Source: Balanoglossus misakiensis
Lineage: Eukaryota; Animalia; Hemichordata
NCBI GenBank assembly: GCA_040954595.2
Contig: CM082593.2
Location: 10,739,477 to 10,803,476 of the forward strand
Direction: 5' to 3'
DNA length: 64,000 nucleotides
The notes beneath the pieces are model-generated. The model made no database searches and was not told where the DNA came from. It saw nothing but the letters and a program-made list of their open reading frames with translations. The position numbers and the translations under genes are program-made. Positions 62,761-64,000 of this stretch are shown one piece after another; within the stretch, counting starts at the first letter, position 1, and each line of letters starts with the position of its first letter.

Positions 62761-64000
62761 CTCAGCGTAATTCAATAAAACGCCCTAACACAGCCTGAAC
62801 TCCGATAATGTGTTGTCCCAAAATTCATTCCATGGAAAATAATCACTGGTCTGTTTACGTATTTCAGCCGATTTTCCAAGGACTACTGCAACTCGCCAGA
62901 AGTGAGTAGCCTGCTAATGAGATCTCCACAACATTACGTAATGACGGTCAAAGTCCGATGCCCCAGTGTCCGTCCTCAGCCCACCAAAAAATGCGAAAAA
63001 ATATTACAAAAATCTTCTTCTCAAAATCGACGTGGCCTAGGACCTTGAAATTTGGCACAGGGGATTTTGGCCACATGGTCTACAAAAATCGCGAAAAGAA
63101 TGTACATGCCCCCATTAACGTGCAAATTAGGTCAATTTGAAAATTTCGCTCGATTATAGCCACAAAGTCACGTGACTAATTACAAATTCAAAGGGCAGGT
63201 GCACCAGTACTCATGGGCCCCAACCACCGTGCCAAATTTGGAGGCGCACCTGCCGGAATTTCAGAGAAAAACGGGCGCAAAAAAACGACTCAAGAAGAAA
63301 GAAGACAAACTCCAGCAATAACAGAAGGGGACCAAGCGCCTGAGGGCTCTTGGTCCCCTAAATATGGGACTAAACTTGACAGATACCCGGAATATTTTCC
63401 TATTTAGGATACCTGGTTGCATTTCCACCTAAAGGCGTCCTATTGGCGTGGAAATTTTATAACTTGAAATCGTTTGACTGGGTGATAGGTATTAATATCT
63501 TATGATGTTATAAAACACTTGGCTCGCCGAAGGTAAGGACCGATTATAGCGTCAGTCGTGTCATAAAATCTATATGAACGTCATGGGTCAATAAACTTGA
63601 TGGTCCAATAAAATTTAATGGTTCGTAAAACTATTGTGTCCAATGTCTGCAGAGTATACTGGCTGCAACATGTGTATGAGTCAGGATTAACGGCTGTAGC
63701 CATCAACCCAAAAGGTGAACGTCCTATTCTCACTAACTTAAATAGGTTTTGCGACCTAGTTGAGTGATAAAAACCTTATGATAAAGTCGACACAATTTCA
63801 AGATGACGATGTGCAAATGAGAGTTCATAAGCTAAAGTAAAGTTCAATGAATTCTATACAAAGTTCAAAAAAGATTTTTTACTAAAGGAAGACATGAACA
63901 AACTGATATCGTCTCTTCATATTCGTACATGTCCAACTGTTGTGATTTGACCCCCCCCCCCCATGGTACATGAACCTATTACTTAGTACACACTTAAACA

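Larger units (their letters stand above)
57945..63362 (-). mobile_element. Large Helentron-associated (HINE-like) element hosting two LINE insertions
   Basis: Subterminal repeat gaagggg(c/a)ccaagc at about 57964 and 63324; terminal hairpin ggggaccaag..cttggtcccc; internal subunit shared by 60106-60222 and 62838-62957. Confidence 0.55.

Overview
AT-rich, intron-containing animal genomic DNA, not prokaryotic; a marine invertebrate origin is only inferred from the repeat types. No intact protein-coding gene is visible. From left to right: (1) 1080-7920 (+), a decayed multi-exon CUB/Sushi/cbEGF gene resembling uninflatable (nonsense codon, frameshift, missing and truncated exons); (2) 8755-23110, a 14.3-kb satellite of 90-bp and 74/75-bp monomers with higher-order structure, which produces all the long ORFs in the track; (3) 23266-25890, a minus-strand MALAT1-like motif (AAAAAGCAAAA followed by a 57-nt tRNA-like fold) and minisatellite-bearing exon-like modules; (4) about 31.6-43.7 kb, a direct segmental duplication carrying minus-strand 63-88-nt non-coding micro-exons that base-pair with each other once spliced and show one compensatory substitution between copies; (5) 46827-50917, a 4-kb Academ-like foldback element nested in a 9-bp-TSD MITE; (6) an orphan PPxY-containing exon, a dead intron-containing hAT (ZNF862-like) transposase, and L2-type and RTEX-type LINE remnants inside a Helentron-associated element. 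Many MITEs are scattered throughout. The best candidates for an undescribed system are the splice-assembled structured ncRNA and the MALAT1-like 3' module. Both come from manual reading and neither has expression support.
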